Shown here one piece after another: positions 23,856 to 36,449 of a DNA stretch of 48,993 bases. The stretch spans positions 2,898 to 51,890 of the forward strand of contig MQRK01176970.1 of assembly GCA_001938485.1 (NCBI GenBank), given 5' to 3'. A program made the position numbers and the translations under genes. Within the stretch, counting starts at the first letter, position 1, and each line of letters opens with the position of its first letter. Origin of the DNA: Girardia tigrina (Eukaryota). The notes under the pieces are model-generated. The model ran no database searches. It was not told the DNA's origin and was given only the letters and a program-made list of their open reading frames with translations.

Positions 23856-25272
23856 TAATTTGATTTTAAAATTGATTTTTTTTTAATTTTTAAAAAGAAC
23901 TTGTTATTTTTAAAATTTATTTGTAATTTTTTTAATTTATTATTTCTAATTCTCAAATGTTATTTTATGTATTCCTTATAATTTTATGTGTATTATTTAT
24001 AGATGACAACAAAGAATAATATTTATGTCATATTTTTTGAAATAAATTACATTAAATAAAAAATGACCAAAAAAATTAATTTATGAAATCAAATTATTTT
24101 AATGAGAAAATAATAAAGATTCTTTAATTCTTGAACTAAATTGAATAATTATATTTGGAACTTTTTTGAAATAAATTGCTTTACAGCCGAATAATATTAA
24201 CAGTAATAATATTTCTTTTCATAAAAAACAATTAGAAAAAAAGTTCAATAAATCATTTTAGTCATAAAATTATAAAATATTTAAAAAAAACAATAAATTC
24301 TTTCATAATTTTTTGAAAAAATTTTTTTAAAGATAATTTAAAATTTTATATTTTTTTAAATTAAATATTAATTAAAAATGAAAAATTTATACGTCTGGCA
24401 CAAATCAGTCACGCAAAAATGTTACATTTTCAATTTATTTTAATTTTCAATAAATTAAATGGTCAACATTTATTGTTTTGAAATATTTTTTTATAAATTA
24501 ATAAATTTATAGAAATGGTAAGTTATTTTGCAAATTGATACTTTTACTCAATTTTATTCATTCAATTATTTATTAAGTTATTTTCTGATTTTTTTCTCGT
24601 TGATTTTATATGAATGAGAAATTTAGATAATTAAATTTTATCAATATGAGCTTATTTTATTTAAGAAAATAAAAAAATATATTTTACGAAAGGAAATAAA
24701 TAAATTAATCTGAAAATGTTTCGCAACTAAAGGGTCTTTGAAAGGATGTGAAGATGATTTTTGGATGAAAAATTTAATGTAGTTAGAATTACATCCATAG
24801 CAAATGAAGTATGCCAAATATTCATACCTAGAAAGACGGGAGCGATCAAAATAACAGAAGCAGGATATCAAACTCTGGCCTGTTCTTTTATCTATTTGTC
24901 TCAGAGACTCAGGAAATGTCAAAACAAACCAGAGGTTTTTATGAGATATTTTTAAAGATTCAAAATCTTTAAGAGCATCTGTGGTAATTTGACCGCCACT
25001 GTCCTACGATTAAGATTTAATTATTTTTTTATAAATATATTACTTATCAGAAATTCATTGTTTCGATATTTTTTATAAGTTGTAAATGTTTTGTATCAGC
25101 TATCATAGATAAAAATATTTTTCAAAAATATTATCAATTTTAAATATTAGTTTTGTGATTCTAACTTTGTTTTTGTTAATTAATAAGATTAGGGTTAGTG
25201 TCAAAACCTAACCAGTAATAATATAACTAAACCAAAAAATTACAAAATTGGTAAATGTCTTTAAATCATTAC

Positions 25273-25308
<36 letters not shown>

Positions 25309-25344
25309 CTGCAGGATTTTTGTATTTTAATAAAAAAATATATA

Positions 25345-25912
25345 CCGTGTTTCACACAATATAAGACACCCCCTAGTCTTATGTAATACCCCACAGCAAA
25401 ATTTTATGAAAAATAGATTTATTACCTTTTCTTATGTATTTCTTCTTCTCATGTGATATTTTTATCTCTCATCGTTGCTGAAATATCACCTAGAAAAAGA
25501 TTTATATTAAAAATTAAAAACTCACAGTTTAATTAATATTATTAAAACAAATGATTAACTATTATATATAATTATATATAATTTTTAATTTTTAAATTTT
25601 AATTTAGTTTTTTTTTCTAAGAAAATGTTTATTAGAAATAGAATATCATAATTAAAAATAAAATTAAAGATTTTTGTTTAGAGTTAAAAATGACAGTTTT
25701 TAGTGCAAATTAATTAAGTAAGTTATTATATAATAAAATTATATATAAATCTATTATATTATTAAAACATTTGTTTTAATAATTGTAGTGTGACCGATAT
25801 TATTCGAATTCAACAGTTTATTTTTATCGAAAAAAACTAATAAAACTTCATAAAATTTTGCTGGGGGGGATTACCAAAGACGAAGGGATGTCTTATATTG
25901 TGCGAAACACGG
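25345..25912. mobile_element. pogo/Tc2-like MITE with ~65-bp TIRs and TA target duplication
   Basis: TA|CCGTGTTTCACACAATATAAGACA...CAGCAAAATTTTATGAA and TTCATAAAATTTTGCTG...TGTCTTATATTGTGCGAAACACGG|TA. Confidence 0.85.
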
Positions 25913-25929
25913 TAATATAGGAAAAAGAA

Positions 25930-26205
25930 ATAAAGTGGCCTTAATCGTGTGATATACCGAAGGCATCCGGGCCCATAGAGATAACCTTTGACATTTTTGA
26001 TTTGGTGAACGTTTTGGATTATTTTTGAAATATTTGGTAGAAACTTCTTGATTTTCTCATAAAAAGAAATTATTTTCTTTTGAGCCAATTGAAGATCAAC
26101 GGAAAATAAGATCGATGGTCCAATTTGGTCAATTCAATAGCGATAATCACAAATTGTCGCTCTGTGACATTCAAACAAGTCCGAAGCATTTCGAAAAATT
26201 CGACT
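25930..26205 (-). pseudogene. Possible family-A DNA polymerase (Pol theta/nu-like) fingers fragment
   Basis: FFEMLRTCLNVTERQFV.../DQIGPSIL..VDLQLAQK.IISFYEK..FLPNISKIIQNV...KGYL is loosely like the motif-B region; degraded. Confidence 0.3.
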
Positions 26206-26211
26206 AATCAA

Positions 26212-26400
26212 TAATCATCACCGCCTGAAAAAAACAAGTTTTCGTCAAACCTCGACAAATGACTTACCCAAGGCTCAGACCCATGAACGATTCGACGAAA
26301 TAAAAACTTGAAATCCCGATTTAATAAAACGATTTCGCCACGAGAAGTGCTACAAATGATTTTGTTCAAGTGCGAATCGACAGAAAGACAGAGATTGGAA
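26212..26400 (-). pseudogene. DPH7: Fragment of diphthine methyltransferase (WD40)
   Basis: LCLSVD..LNKIICSTSRGEIVLL...VHGSEPWVSHLSRFDENLFFSGGDD matches recalled DPH7 LSLDW...KIISSDSTGQLHLL...[25 protein letters not shown]. Confidence 0.7.
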
Positions 26401-26437
26401 TTATCGATCTCGGACGATCGAGAAAATTAAAATCGTT

Positions 26438-26699
26438 CAGCTTCATCAAAACTGACGATGAGAGAATCAAGAGTGTCTCCGCACAATCAAACGATCGACG
26501 CATCGATCACTTCCTCATTGAAATCGAAACTCAAAACACGATCGAACTCTAAATCCGGATTCGAACCGATTTTGGGCGAAAAATTGAACACCTTCAAATG
26601 CGCGCTGTCGAATGTCACCAGAGACTTGAATTTCGGATCGATAAAATTACAATAAATCGAATGATCAATGCATTTCGGTTCAAAAACAAAAATCTTCAT
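26438..26699 (-). pseudogene. CPSF1: N-terminal fragment of cleavage and polyadenylation factor CPSF160
   Basis: IDHSIYCNFIDPKFKSLVTFDSAHLKVF...SFDFNEEVIDASIV*LCGDTLDSLIVSFDEA vs recalled CPSF1 [28 protein letters not shown]...[31 protein letters not shown]; internal TGA at 26487-26489. Confidence 0.75.
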
Positions 26700-27129
26700 A
26701 ATCGAAATCTTTATTTATATCAATAAACGTTTTGAATATTTAAAAAATAGGAAATATTATATGATTTTAAAAAAATTTGAAAATAGGAACTAGTTTGAAT
26801 ATTTTACAATTTCGGAGAGAACAAATAATGTCATCTTTCGATTTAAATATGATTTTAGTTATAAGTTATAACACTTAGTTGACGTCAGTTTTCAACAATT
26901 TTTAACAGATTCTATCATCATAAAAAGTCCGAAATATTAAGTAGACGGTCATATGAACATGGAAAGCTCTTGCATCACACTGACACATATATAATTATAC
27001 AATAAACCTTACCTTCATTGGAAATGGATCATCATATTATCAATAATCAAGTCCATAAATAAATAAAAAACTATTACTTTATATAAAATTAAAAATTATT
27101 ATTTTAAATTAATAAATTATATAAATTGA

Positions 27130-27135
<6 letters not shown>

Positions 27136-27177
<42 letters not shown>
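27136..27177. repeat. (TA)n microsatellite; others at ~25278-25305, 46301-46328, 47692-47728; (CA)n at ~11548-11563
   Basis: Seen directly. Confidence 0.95.
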
Positions 27178-27183
<6 letters not shown>

Positions 27184-27879
27184 TTATGTAAAGAAAAAAT
27201 TGCCATTAAATAAAATTGAAAGTTAATTTAAATTAAAAATTACATGCATAAAAAAGAATTAAATAATTCAAATTTGTTTTGAATTATGTTCATTTAAATG
27301 AACCGCACACTAATACATGCATACATTATATCATCAAACTCTCAATCAACTGTTACTCAATCTCATATTTCATAATCATACATACTTTCCACAACATCTA
27401 ATAATGATAATAATATATTTAAATAATAATCTCAATAATAATAAGCAACCATAATAATAATAATTTACACATCCTTACAGTATCAATTAAAGTTTTCTGA
27501 ACAATCGCCTGAAATTTTACGATCGAATATATTTTAAACAATGACGATTTAGAACGAACTTATTGAGAATAAATTGAGATAACAATGGACTGAGCGCTCA
27601 GATAAAGTCTTTCGATTTATTTGTTATAATAAAATTTTTTTATTACAATTCGACTGTTGACAATTTAATTTTAAATAACAAAAGGTTTTGTAAATAATCT
27701 TAATTTTATGAAAGTTTTTCTTTTTTTACTATAAGTATTTGTGATACATTAAAATAATTCATTTTTTAAATTTACTGTTGGAGAGAAATCAGAGTGTTTT
27801 TAAAATAAGCATTTCGAACGTGTTTTTATCTTTTATTTAGCCTTACAAGCTATTATGGCAATGATTAATATCAGATTTA

Positions 27880-28180
27880 CGTAATAGGGATATTCAAGGA
27901 ATCCGGGGGTTCCATTGCTTAGTGCCCGAAGTTCGAGGTGTCTTTAAATGTCTGCGGTGTCAATAAATTTGGATCTATTCCACTTCTGTTAGAGGATCGC
28001 ACCATTCAATTATTTGCAGGCCTGCCATTCAAAGAACAAGAGGACTACGAATCGATTAAACATCATTGTCAGTTGCTTTTGGGCAAAACCAGATGACTGC
28101 GTACGAAAAATTTAGAACTCGGAGTCTTCGCCAAGTCAACTCGATCAAAGAATTCGTGGCTGCACTTTGGCGGCTCTTAA
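27880..28180 (+). mobile_element. Gypsy gag N-terminal remnant
   Basis: KFEVSLNVCG...IPLLLEDRTIQLFAGLPFKEQEDYESIK...AYEKFRTRSLRQ..SIKEFVAALWRL, a gag capsid-like pattern. Confidence 0.55.
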
Positions 28181-29515
28181 CCATGATATCAAGGATAGGT
28201 TCTAAAAGATTTTTATGAAATGACGTTTTATCCGTCGAAATATGTTGTCTATAAATATATTGTTTAATGGATGAAGTTTGTAGTTAATATATCCGATTGT
28301 CGTATATACAAATATTCGTCACTACAGATATACTTCGATTCGGCAAATGTATTTTTAAAACTGCCATAAAGAATTTTCAAAAATTTACAATTTATATATT
28401 TGATTCCGAGAAAATCGTTGACAACCATCTGAAGAAGGTTTGAACCTTTGATATCACTTAATCAATGAGTTTTATTAATAAAATATATTCGAAAAATGCT
28501 TCAATTTACTATACAATCGTTTAAAGTTTACTAAAAATCAAAAAAAAGTTTTACTCTTAATTTTATTAATAATTTATTTACCAAAAAATAACTTTTGTTT
28601 TCTATTTTCTTATTTTTTCTAAAAGAAATTCTAAAAACACAAATAATAAACTAAATCAATATTAACATAATTATTTATAATCATTAATTAAAATTATTAG
28701 CAACGAATGTTTAATCAATTGAATAAATTTCAATTTTACTCAATTAAAAATAAATTGCTTGATTAATTATTTTCTATGTTTTTGAACAATATGAATTTTT
28801 TAAACAATAAGAATTTATAAAAAATTATAAACTTTTTTCTAATATTAAAAATTTTAAAAAATATTTTTTATAATTTATAATTTATAATTTTATAATTTAT
28901 AAAATAATTATTTAAAAAAGTATCTTAGTAAATCGAATTTTCTTTTTTAAATATTTTTTATTTTATTTTTTTTAATTGATTGTTTTAATCATCTTGAAGA
29001 TGTTCAAATATGTCAAAAGCTGACACAAGTGATGGATAGACTTAATATTTACATTTCCACATTGAGTTAAAAGTTGCAAATATAATTTTCTGTAAATAAT
29101 GATTGTCAAAACTGCAATAAATAAAAATAATACTTTAAAGCCCATTTTATTCTCTGGGAAAAAATAGATTTATTTTACATCTTTTGATTGTAGATAATTC
29201 ACTAAATTATTTTTTTTGTAGTTTAAATATTTATTTTAATTTTGAAACAACAAAATTGAAAAGAAAAAGGTTTATTTTGTTCAAATAAAATTTTGAGTAT
29301 AATAAATTTTAAACAAATAAATTACGAAGAGTTAGTTAAAATTTTCAAATCGCCAAATAATTTATGAAGTTTTTTAATAAACAAATTTGAACAAAAATCA
29401 ATAATAACGTTAGACATAAAACATACATAAAGTTTAAAAATCTGTAAAGTTTAAATTAATTAAAATCGACATATTTTAAAAGGAAAATATATAGTAAAAG
29501 TTTAATAATAAAAAT

Positions 29516-32500
29516 TGTTAAATCTCCAAGTTTCACTTCAGAATTCAAAATATCAACAAGTAGAATTTATTTAATATTTACAATCTTTTTAGAATACTTA
29601 AACAAATTAATAATCACAACTTGCGCCTCTTTTATAATTCATTATTTACTTTCTTAATCCACTAAATTCTTCGACGAATTATATTTCCATCTTTCAGATT
29701 CTGTAGTTCCAATTGGTGTTGCGATATATGTCTCACAATTTGGTACGGTCCATAGAATGGGAAGGTGTCCTTTCTCAGTTTTTTAGGATCTTGTTTTACA
29801 TAGACTTTCTGACCATCCTCGAAATGTCGATTTTTTCTCTTTTTTCTCTCCCATTTTTCCATTCGTCTTGCCGCTTTCTCTAAATTTTCTCTTACCTTCA
29901 TCTTGATCACGTTGCTCACTTCCGTTTTAGCTATTCCTGCTGCCGAATGTAAGTGAAACACAACTTCGAAGGGCGAATATCCGGTCGTACTCTGAACTGT
30001 TGCATTTAGATAGAATTCTATCTTCGGAACAATTTGCCACAATGATCGTTTGTCTGTATCACCTATGCTTGTTACTATAATGTCTCTCACTGTTCGAATA
30101 GTTCTTTCTGCCAACCCGTTTGATTTATGTTGAAATGTGCAACTAAATCTTTGTTCGATTCCATATTTCCTGCAAAAATCTTTAAATTTTCCGCAAGTAA
30201 AACATTTTCCATTGTCTGTTAATATTGTTTTTGGCTTCCCATATCTATATATATATCCAACTTTCTTTGATACATCATTCAATTTTCTGAAATCTAAACG
30301 AATTCGAATACCTCCATCTTTCTTTTGTGTAATGACTAACGGGGAGTTCTATTCACTTTTACATTTCCGAATTATTTCTACCGTTTCGAATCCTTTCATA
30401 ATCCTTCGATTTGACTTTCTAAAGGAATGGATTGCTTTCTTGGATTCAGACAATCGGTTTACCTTATGGTTCGCTTTTATGGACCACAATATCCGTACAT
30501 CCCAAATCGCATTCATGTTTCATGAGAATATCATCATATTGTTTCACGAGGTTTTCCAGTCGTTTGTTTTGCTCTTGCAACTTCATATCTTTCTCCACTA
30601 TCACAACTGACTTCATGGTAATTTTTTCAAGTTTGATTCCGAATTTATGCATGACATTAACACCTCCAATGACTGCCGTTCACCACTAAAATATCTACCA
30701 CATGACACTCTTCTTTCCATTTTAACTTCACTGTCATTTTTCTCAAACACTTATGGCCTTTTGAAAACGCTCCATTTAGAATAATGGGACTCTTTTCTAA
30801 TCTGAGTTGTCCGATTTCCAATCAAACCTTCTCACTACTAACTGAAACACCCGCTTCACTATCCCACAACATTAATACATTGTGATTGTTCAGCTTAACA
30901 TCGCTCCGCCATTTACCATCTGACCTCTCTACTATCTCCGCAATTCAATGTTTTGGATATTTTATGCCGACTCCACAGACGAAATGCTCACCATGGAGTC
31001 TCTGGCATTTAAGTCATCTTCATATTCATTTTTATATGATACGATATCCATGTTTTCTTCATTGTACACATCTTTGATGCATACTACATTAACATTCTTA
31101 TTATGATTACAGTTTCTGAACCCATGTCCACTTTTTCCACATATTGAACAACGATTATTTAAAGGACAATCTTTCGTCAAATGCCCATATTTTCCACAGC
31201 AATAACAATCCCCTCTGGTTAAATGCTCCTCTTCTGGAGTCGGAAGTCCCTTTATTTTTCCACAGAAATAACAACGATTATTTAAAGGGCAATCTTTCTT
31301 CAAATGCCAATGTTTTCCGCAGCAATAACAATCCCCTCTGGTTAAATGCTCCTCTTCTGGAGTCGGAAGTCCCTTTATTTTGCAATATAACTTCCTTGCT
31401 TCGTACCAAGCCGAATGCATCGGATGATTATATTGTTGTTTATCTTTTGTCATTCTACTGGATCCTCTCTCAATACTTTTATTAAATCTTTCCGATGATA
31501 TTCTACGTTCCGTTCTTAATATTGGTTGTCTATCGTTTGTTTCATTCAATCGAGCTTTATTTCTTCTATGTTCAGGATTCTCATATCTTCTAACTTGATG
31601 TTTGTCTTTCTTTACCATTTCTGCATATGATGTTTTGACGGCTAAAACATAATTTCTTTCTTCTTTTGATATGTTGTCCTCATAAATCTTAGCTTCCACT
31701 CTCATTTCGTCCACCGAGATCTTAGGTTTAAAAACAAATCGAAACCTTCTTTCGAAAAAACCTTCAGAACTTGAGATTTTATCCGCTTTTTCAAAAGTTC
31801 ATTCAAAATTTCTTCATCACTGTGTTGCCTAAAATTTTCAATTGTTTTTGAACCCTTAATTCGAATGTTAAGAATCTTTCATTCTCACTTTTGTGAATTC
31901 GTCAGGACGACAGGATCGTACAGAGGCTGCTGGAAACAAGGAAAGTGGAATCGTCGACCGAAGAGCTTTGTTCGAGCCAAGCGCATCAGTGACACTACTT
32001 TTCAATTCATGGAAATTATTAATTGACTCGACGTCCTCCACATTGTTGTCGACTGCTTTGACTTTAACAATTCAATTGCTAGTTTGTTAAGGAGAACCCG
32101 GGAAATATTATCAGAATTGATAACGTTTAAATATTCATCTGTGATCAGCATTATCGAAAGACAGATAACAGCGAAGAAAATTCTTTATTTGTTGCTTTAA
32201 CTAAATAGCTTATTAAAACAATTACAAAGCTGACATTTAATTTTTTTAATTCACTTAAACGCATGCAATATATTTTTTTCTTTTCAATGATTTTCACGTA
32301 AAGGATTTCTTTCTTATTTACATTAATTTCCACTGAGTAAAATTCACTCAAAAATCACAAAATGTGAAAAATTTCAAATCATTCCAATTGCCAAAAATAA
32401 TTCATTCTAAGCCAAAATAGTTTTACATAAAATTGAATTCGTTCTCGAAACCAAAATACCGAGAATGTGGCACACAACACTCACCTTGACAAATTGGCTT

Positions 32501-32940
32501 AGTTTGTCCAATTATTCCAACAGCAGTACTTTCTTTATAAATGTTTTCTGGAACCAATTTTTGGATTCCACATCTGACATTGGTTTCTTACCCTCTTCTG
32601 CTGCATTCCCCCAAAGAATTTTCGCTTCGTCTATCAACAAACAGTTACACATTTCCGAGAATGTTAACCTAAAAATTCTGAACATTGGCATATGTCTCTA
32701 TACCATATTTGACCTTCTTCAGAATCCACTCCATTGTACTCCTTCATTTTCTTCTCGAGGGTTTCCTTAATGATTGATGGCAGTTCTAGTTTAGGAAGCC
32801 TCAAAACATTTATTGGAACACCAGCGTGGTCGAAAGTTAAATCTCCAGGTTTCACTTCAGAATTCATAATATCAACAAGTAGAATTTATTTAATATTTAC
32901 AATCTTTTTAGAATACTTAAACAAATTAATAATTACAACT
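29516..32940 (-). mobile_element. Internally deleted Gypsy element with both short (~103-106 bp) LTRs
   Basis: Near-identical direct repeats at 29516-29621 and 32835-32940; PPT AAAAGAGGCGCA; gag with CCHC knuckles (30962-31714; N-terminus ~32470-32800); RT start NSPLV..KKDGGIRIRLDFRKLN fused directly to integrase core ILTDNGKCF...SNGLAERTIRT...FYGPYQI. Confidence 0.92.
31148..31381 (-). repeat. 123-bp in-frame tandem duplication in the gag zinc-knuckle region
   Basis: KIKGLPTPEEEHLTRGDCYCCGK..HL.KDCPLNNRC occurs twice; ACAACGATTATTTAAAGG at 31148 and 31271. Confidence 0.92.
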
Positions 32941-33486
32941 AGAATTTGAAAATAAATAATAATAATAAATAGGTAAAATTTATTACGAAGAACGAAATTA
33001 TTTTAAAGAAATTGAAGTTAGAGAAAATTAAATATTTTTTAATTAATTATTTTGAAAATTAAGTTTATTATAAAATAAATTTGAAATAGATTAAATATTT
33101 TTTAGCAAACAAAGTAAAATTCCAGAGAAAAATATTAATAGTAAAATTTTATTAAATTTATATGAGTAGTAATTTGATTTTAAAGAAAATGTAATAAATG
33201 AATTTTAGCGAAATGATTAAATTATCGAGAAGAAATTTGTTTAAATTTGTGTTTAATTTTCATTAATAAATTTTTATTTGAAATTATGATTTCTAATCCT
33301 GAATCAAATTATTTTATCGATGTAATTCATAAATTGCTATAAAGATTTTCGGTAGTCATAATTATTGATGGAAATTATTTTATTAAAATACTATTTACGA
33401 TTTCGTAGAAATAAAGGTGTTTTTTCCAAAAAATATCAAAAGAAGAAAGGAACTTTAAAATGTCGATGAGAATACTAGATTTAGAT

Positions 33487-33615
33487 GGGTAGGTCGAGTT
33501 ACCCCTCTTCGGGGTAAAATAAAATTTCATCTATTTTTCTAGACCCAGGGACCCCGCCACTGACACCGTCCTGATACAGTTGCGCAAATACGACCACTTG
33601 CACCAAGCGGGGAAT
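33487..33615 (-). repeat. Possible tRNA-derived SINE head
   Basis: GC-rich island; minus strand has A-box-like TGGTGCAAGTGGT and a weak B-box-like GGGTCTAG. Confidence 0.3.
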
Positions 33616-35710
33616 ATCATTATAAGATGTCTTCAAATAGTCTTTGATTGCAAAAAATGATTTCAAAAATTGTTTTCAATCAAAAGCGATGCGTTTCAAA
33701 ATATATAATTAAAAGAAATTTAAAAACATTAAATTATATTTAGGACTAAAATTAAATTTAATTTAATTAGTCTGGTAAGTCTATTTATCAAATGTTTAAT
33801 CTCTTATTTCATTTTATTTATTTATGTTTCAACAACAAAGATATAAATATTCTTAAATGATATTGTTGTTGAAAAAATGATTAAAAACCTTAATTAATTA
33901 TTTTTTGCTTTGAAAAAAAAATTTTATTATTAATTTTTAATTTAGGAATTTAAAAAAAAACGTGAATCTGACAGAATAGAAAGTAAAATTAATAAATTAC
34001 TCTCTTTATATTCTAGATAAAATCTCAGGAAAATAAATTTAGCTGAATGGAGAAATAAAAAAATAAATAAAATGAATATAATTATTTATTATTTTTTAAG
34101 AAGGAAATGAATTTTAATTTCTTTTTAATATCAAAAATCACAAACAAATTCGTTATATTAAACAAATATGATCCATTTAATCTGATCAGTTTTTGATATT
34201 CTTTACGACTTTTTTAAAAAAAATATAAAGAATTTTTCTTTCATTTCTCATTTATTTTCTTTTGATTTGTTTTGCTATTTTTTCCTGTAATTAATAATTT
34301 GATTAATTATTTTTTTTATTTTAATAAAATAATAATTTTAAATAACTATTAATTAATTGTAATTTAAATTTAAAATAAATTAATTATAAAGTATTTTCTA
34401 TTAAAATATGCCTTATATATGTACAATATTTTATATAGCCTACTTTTAATAAATTTTTCTATATATAACAATATTCTAACAAATATTAATTAATAAAAAC
34501 AAGGTTTTTCAAGGTTTCCAGTTAAGTGTAACCTAAGAAAATGTTGAAATTGTTAATATAGTACTGGATTTAAAGGGTTAAGAACAAAAGAATGTCTTAT
34601 ACTTATTAAATAATTACACAATTATAAATGACCTTGTGTAAGAGAGTGTATGTATGAGAGGGAGAGAGTGGGTGGAATAGCGATGTGTGTACTTTTTAAT
34701 GAACCCATGCTTTACCTATAAATAGCTAAATCTTTGGGTGTACATCTACAAAGGTTTGGTGTAGATCGTACATCCAAAATGGCCTTAAAAAACCCTGATA
34801 AAAATATCTAAATATTAAACTAATATTCGTTAAAGTAGAATAATTTAATGTATTACCACTTCCCCATCAGATTTGTGTGTAATCGAATTGACATTCATAA
34901 CGTAGTCTTCTAAATACTTTCGTGTCTCTTTTGATTTTGTTGGTTAATCGGTTTCTAAAGATACATTTGTAAAATTAGATTTAATCGTCTGTTGATCTGG
35001 TTCTACTCTTCTTGGTAGACAATATCTCACACAATTATGGAATCCTGAACCGCCACATGCAGCTAAATATTTTCAATAAGATAGCTTCTTCATAATTATA
35101 TATTTTTAGAATCATTGGGTGTAGCTTTTAATTAGCACTGGTTAAACACAGACCAATTTATATTCACAATATTCTATTCATTCATCTTTAACATCAACAT
35201 AGTTTCTAATTACAGTCTCTTTACGTCTAATTCACTCATACTTGTACATCATCCAAGTCAGCTGTTTTTTTTATTTTCTTCTTGTATATTATTGTACCAC
35301 CATAAACTTTATGGTTTCGAGCTAGGTGTTTCGGCATAAAGCTTCTTCTACAGTTAATTTTAATAGCGCTACAATTGTCTTAATTTTAATGATTGCTACT
35401 TTTTACAAAACTGTTATCACTGGGTTGGTTGTTGGCATGATATAGCCACTCTACTTTTCACCAACCTGCAAGTTCAACAAAATTATTTTTGTAAAATTTA
35501 GTATTATAATAAACTATAAATTCAGAAATATGAGTCGATCGAGTAAGGTTCTTGATCATTGGTTATGTTGTAAGGATAGAACCTCATCCAGTTCAAAAGA
35601 TGAGTTTTCTGTTCTACAAAGGGTTTTGATTCACATTACGAACGACAGTTTTGTGAATCTCTACTAATAAGACACTACAACCCATCAATTAACATTCAGA
35701 ATGGGCAAAG

Positions 35711-35908
35711 NNNNNNNNNNNNNNNNNNNNNNNNNNNNNNNNNNNNNNNNNNNNNNNNNNNNNNNNNNNNNNNNNNNNNNNNNNNNNNNNNNNNNNNNNN
35801 NNNNNNNNNNNNNNNNNNNNNNNNNNNNNNNNNNNNNNNNNNNNNNNNNNNNNNNNNNNNNNNNNNNNNNNNNNNNNNNNNNNNNNNNNNNNNNNNNNNN
35901 NNNNNNNN
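35711..35908. other. Assembly gap (N run)
   Basis: N characters. Confidence 1.
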
Positions 35909-36449
35909 AACATTTATTTTTATTTTGCAAGACTAGTTTCGCCATATTGGCATCTTCAGTTGACTAATTGAAATTTCAGATTTAAGTCCCTTTTATATAG
36001 CGGTAGAATGTTACGCAATACTCAATTGAAGGCTTTTTTTTAATTTGAATTTTTTTATTACTTTTTTTTAATTAAAAAAATAATAACAAGAAAAAACGTC
36101 TAAAAATAAATATTCAAAATTTTAATTATTTATTCAAAAAGAGAAGAAAAAGAAAAAGACAAAAAAAAGAAGAAAACTTAAAAGAAACAGAAGACAAAAA
36201 AAACTAAGAATTAAAATATTTTAATATAATTTGAGGAATCACTTTGAACATTTAAGCATGGTTTATAATGCTTAATTAACAATGCTTCAGTGATTATCCT
36301 GTCCTTATAATTGTCAAAATTTTTACATAAAACACTAAATTATTTGTAATGTCTTTATTCTTTACTTGAGTATTTTCGTCTTTAAAATGAAATGTTCTTT
36401 CGCGCCTATGTGTCATTTTTTAGTGTTAATTTTATGTGTGTCATTTCTG

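Noticed and set aside
26698-26955. Resemblance to a flatworm spliced-leader sequence (ATCGAAATCT, TAGACGGTC)
   Set aside because: Short, separated matches on the opposite strand to CPSF1; expected by chance.
35685-35967. ORFs listed across the N run (also 22390-22614)
   Set aside because: Artefacts of translating assembly gaps.
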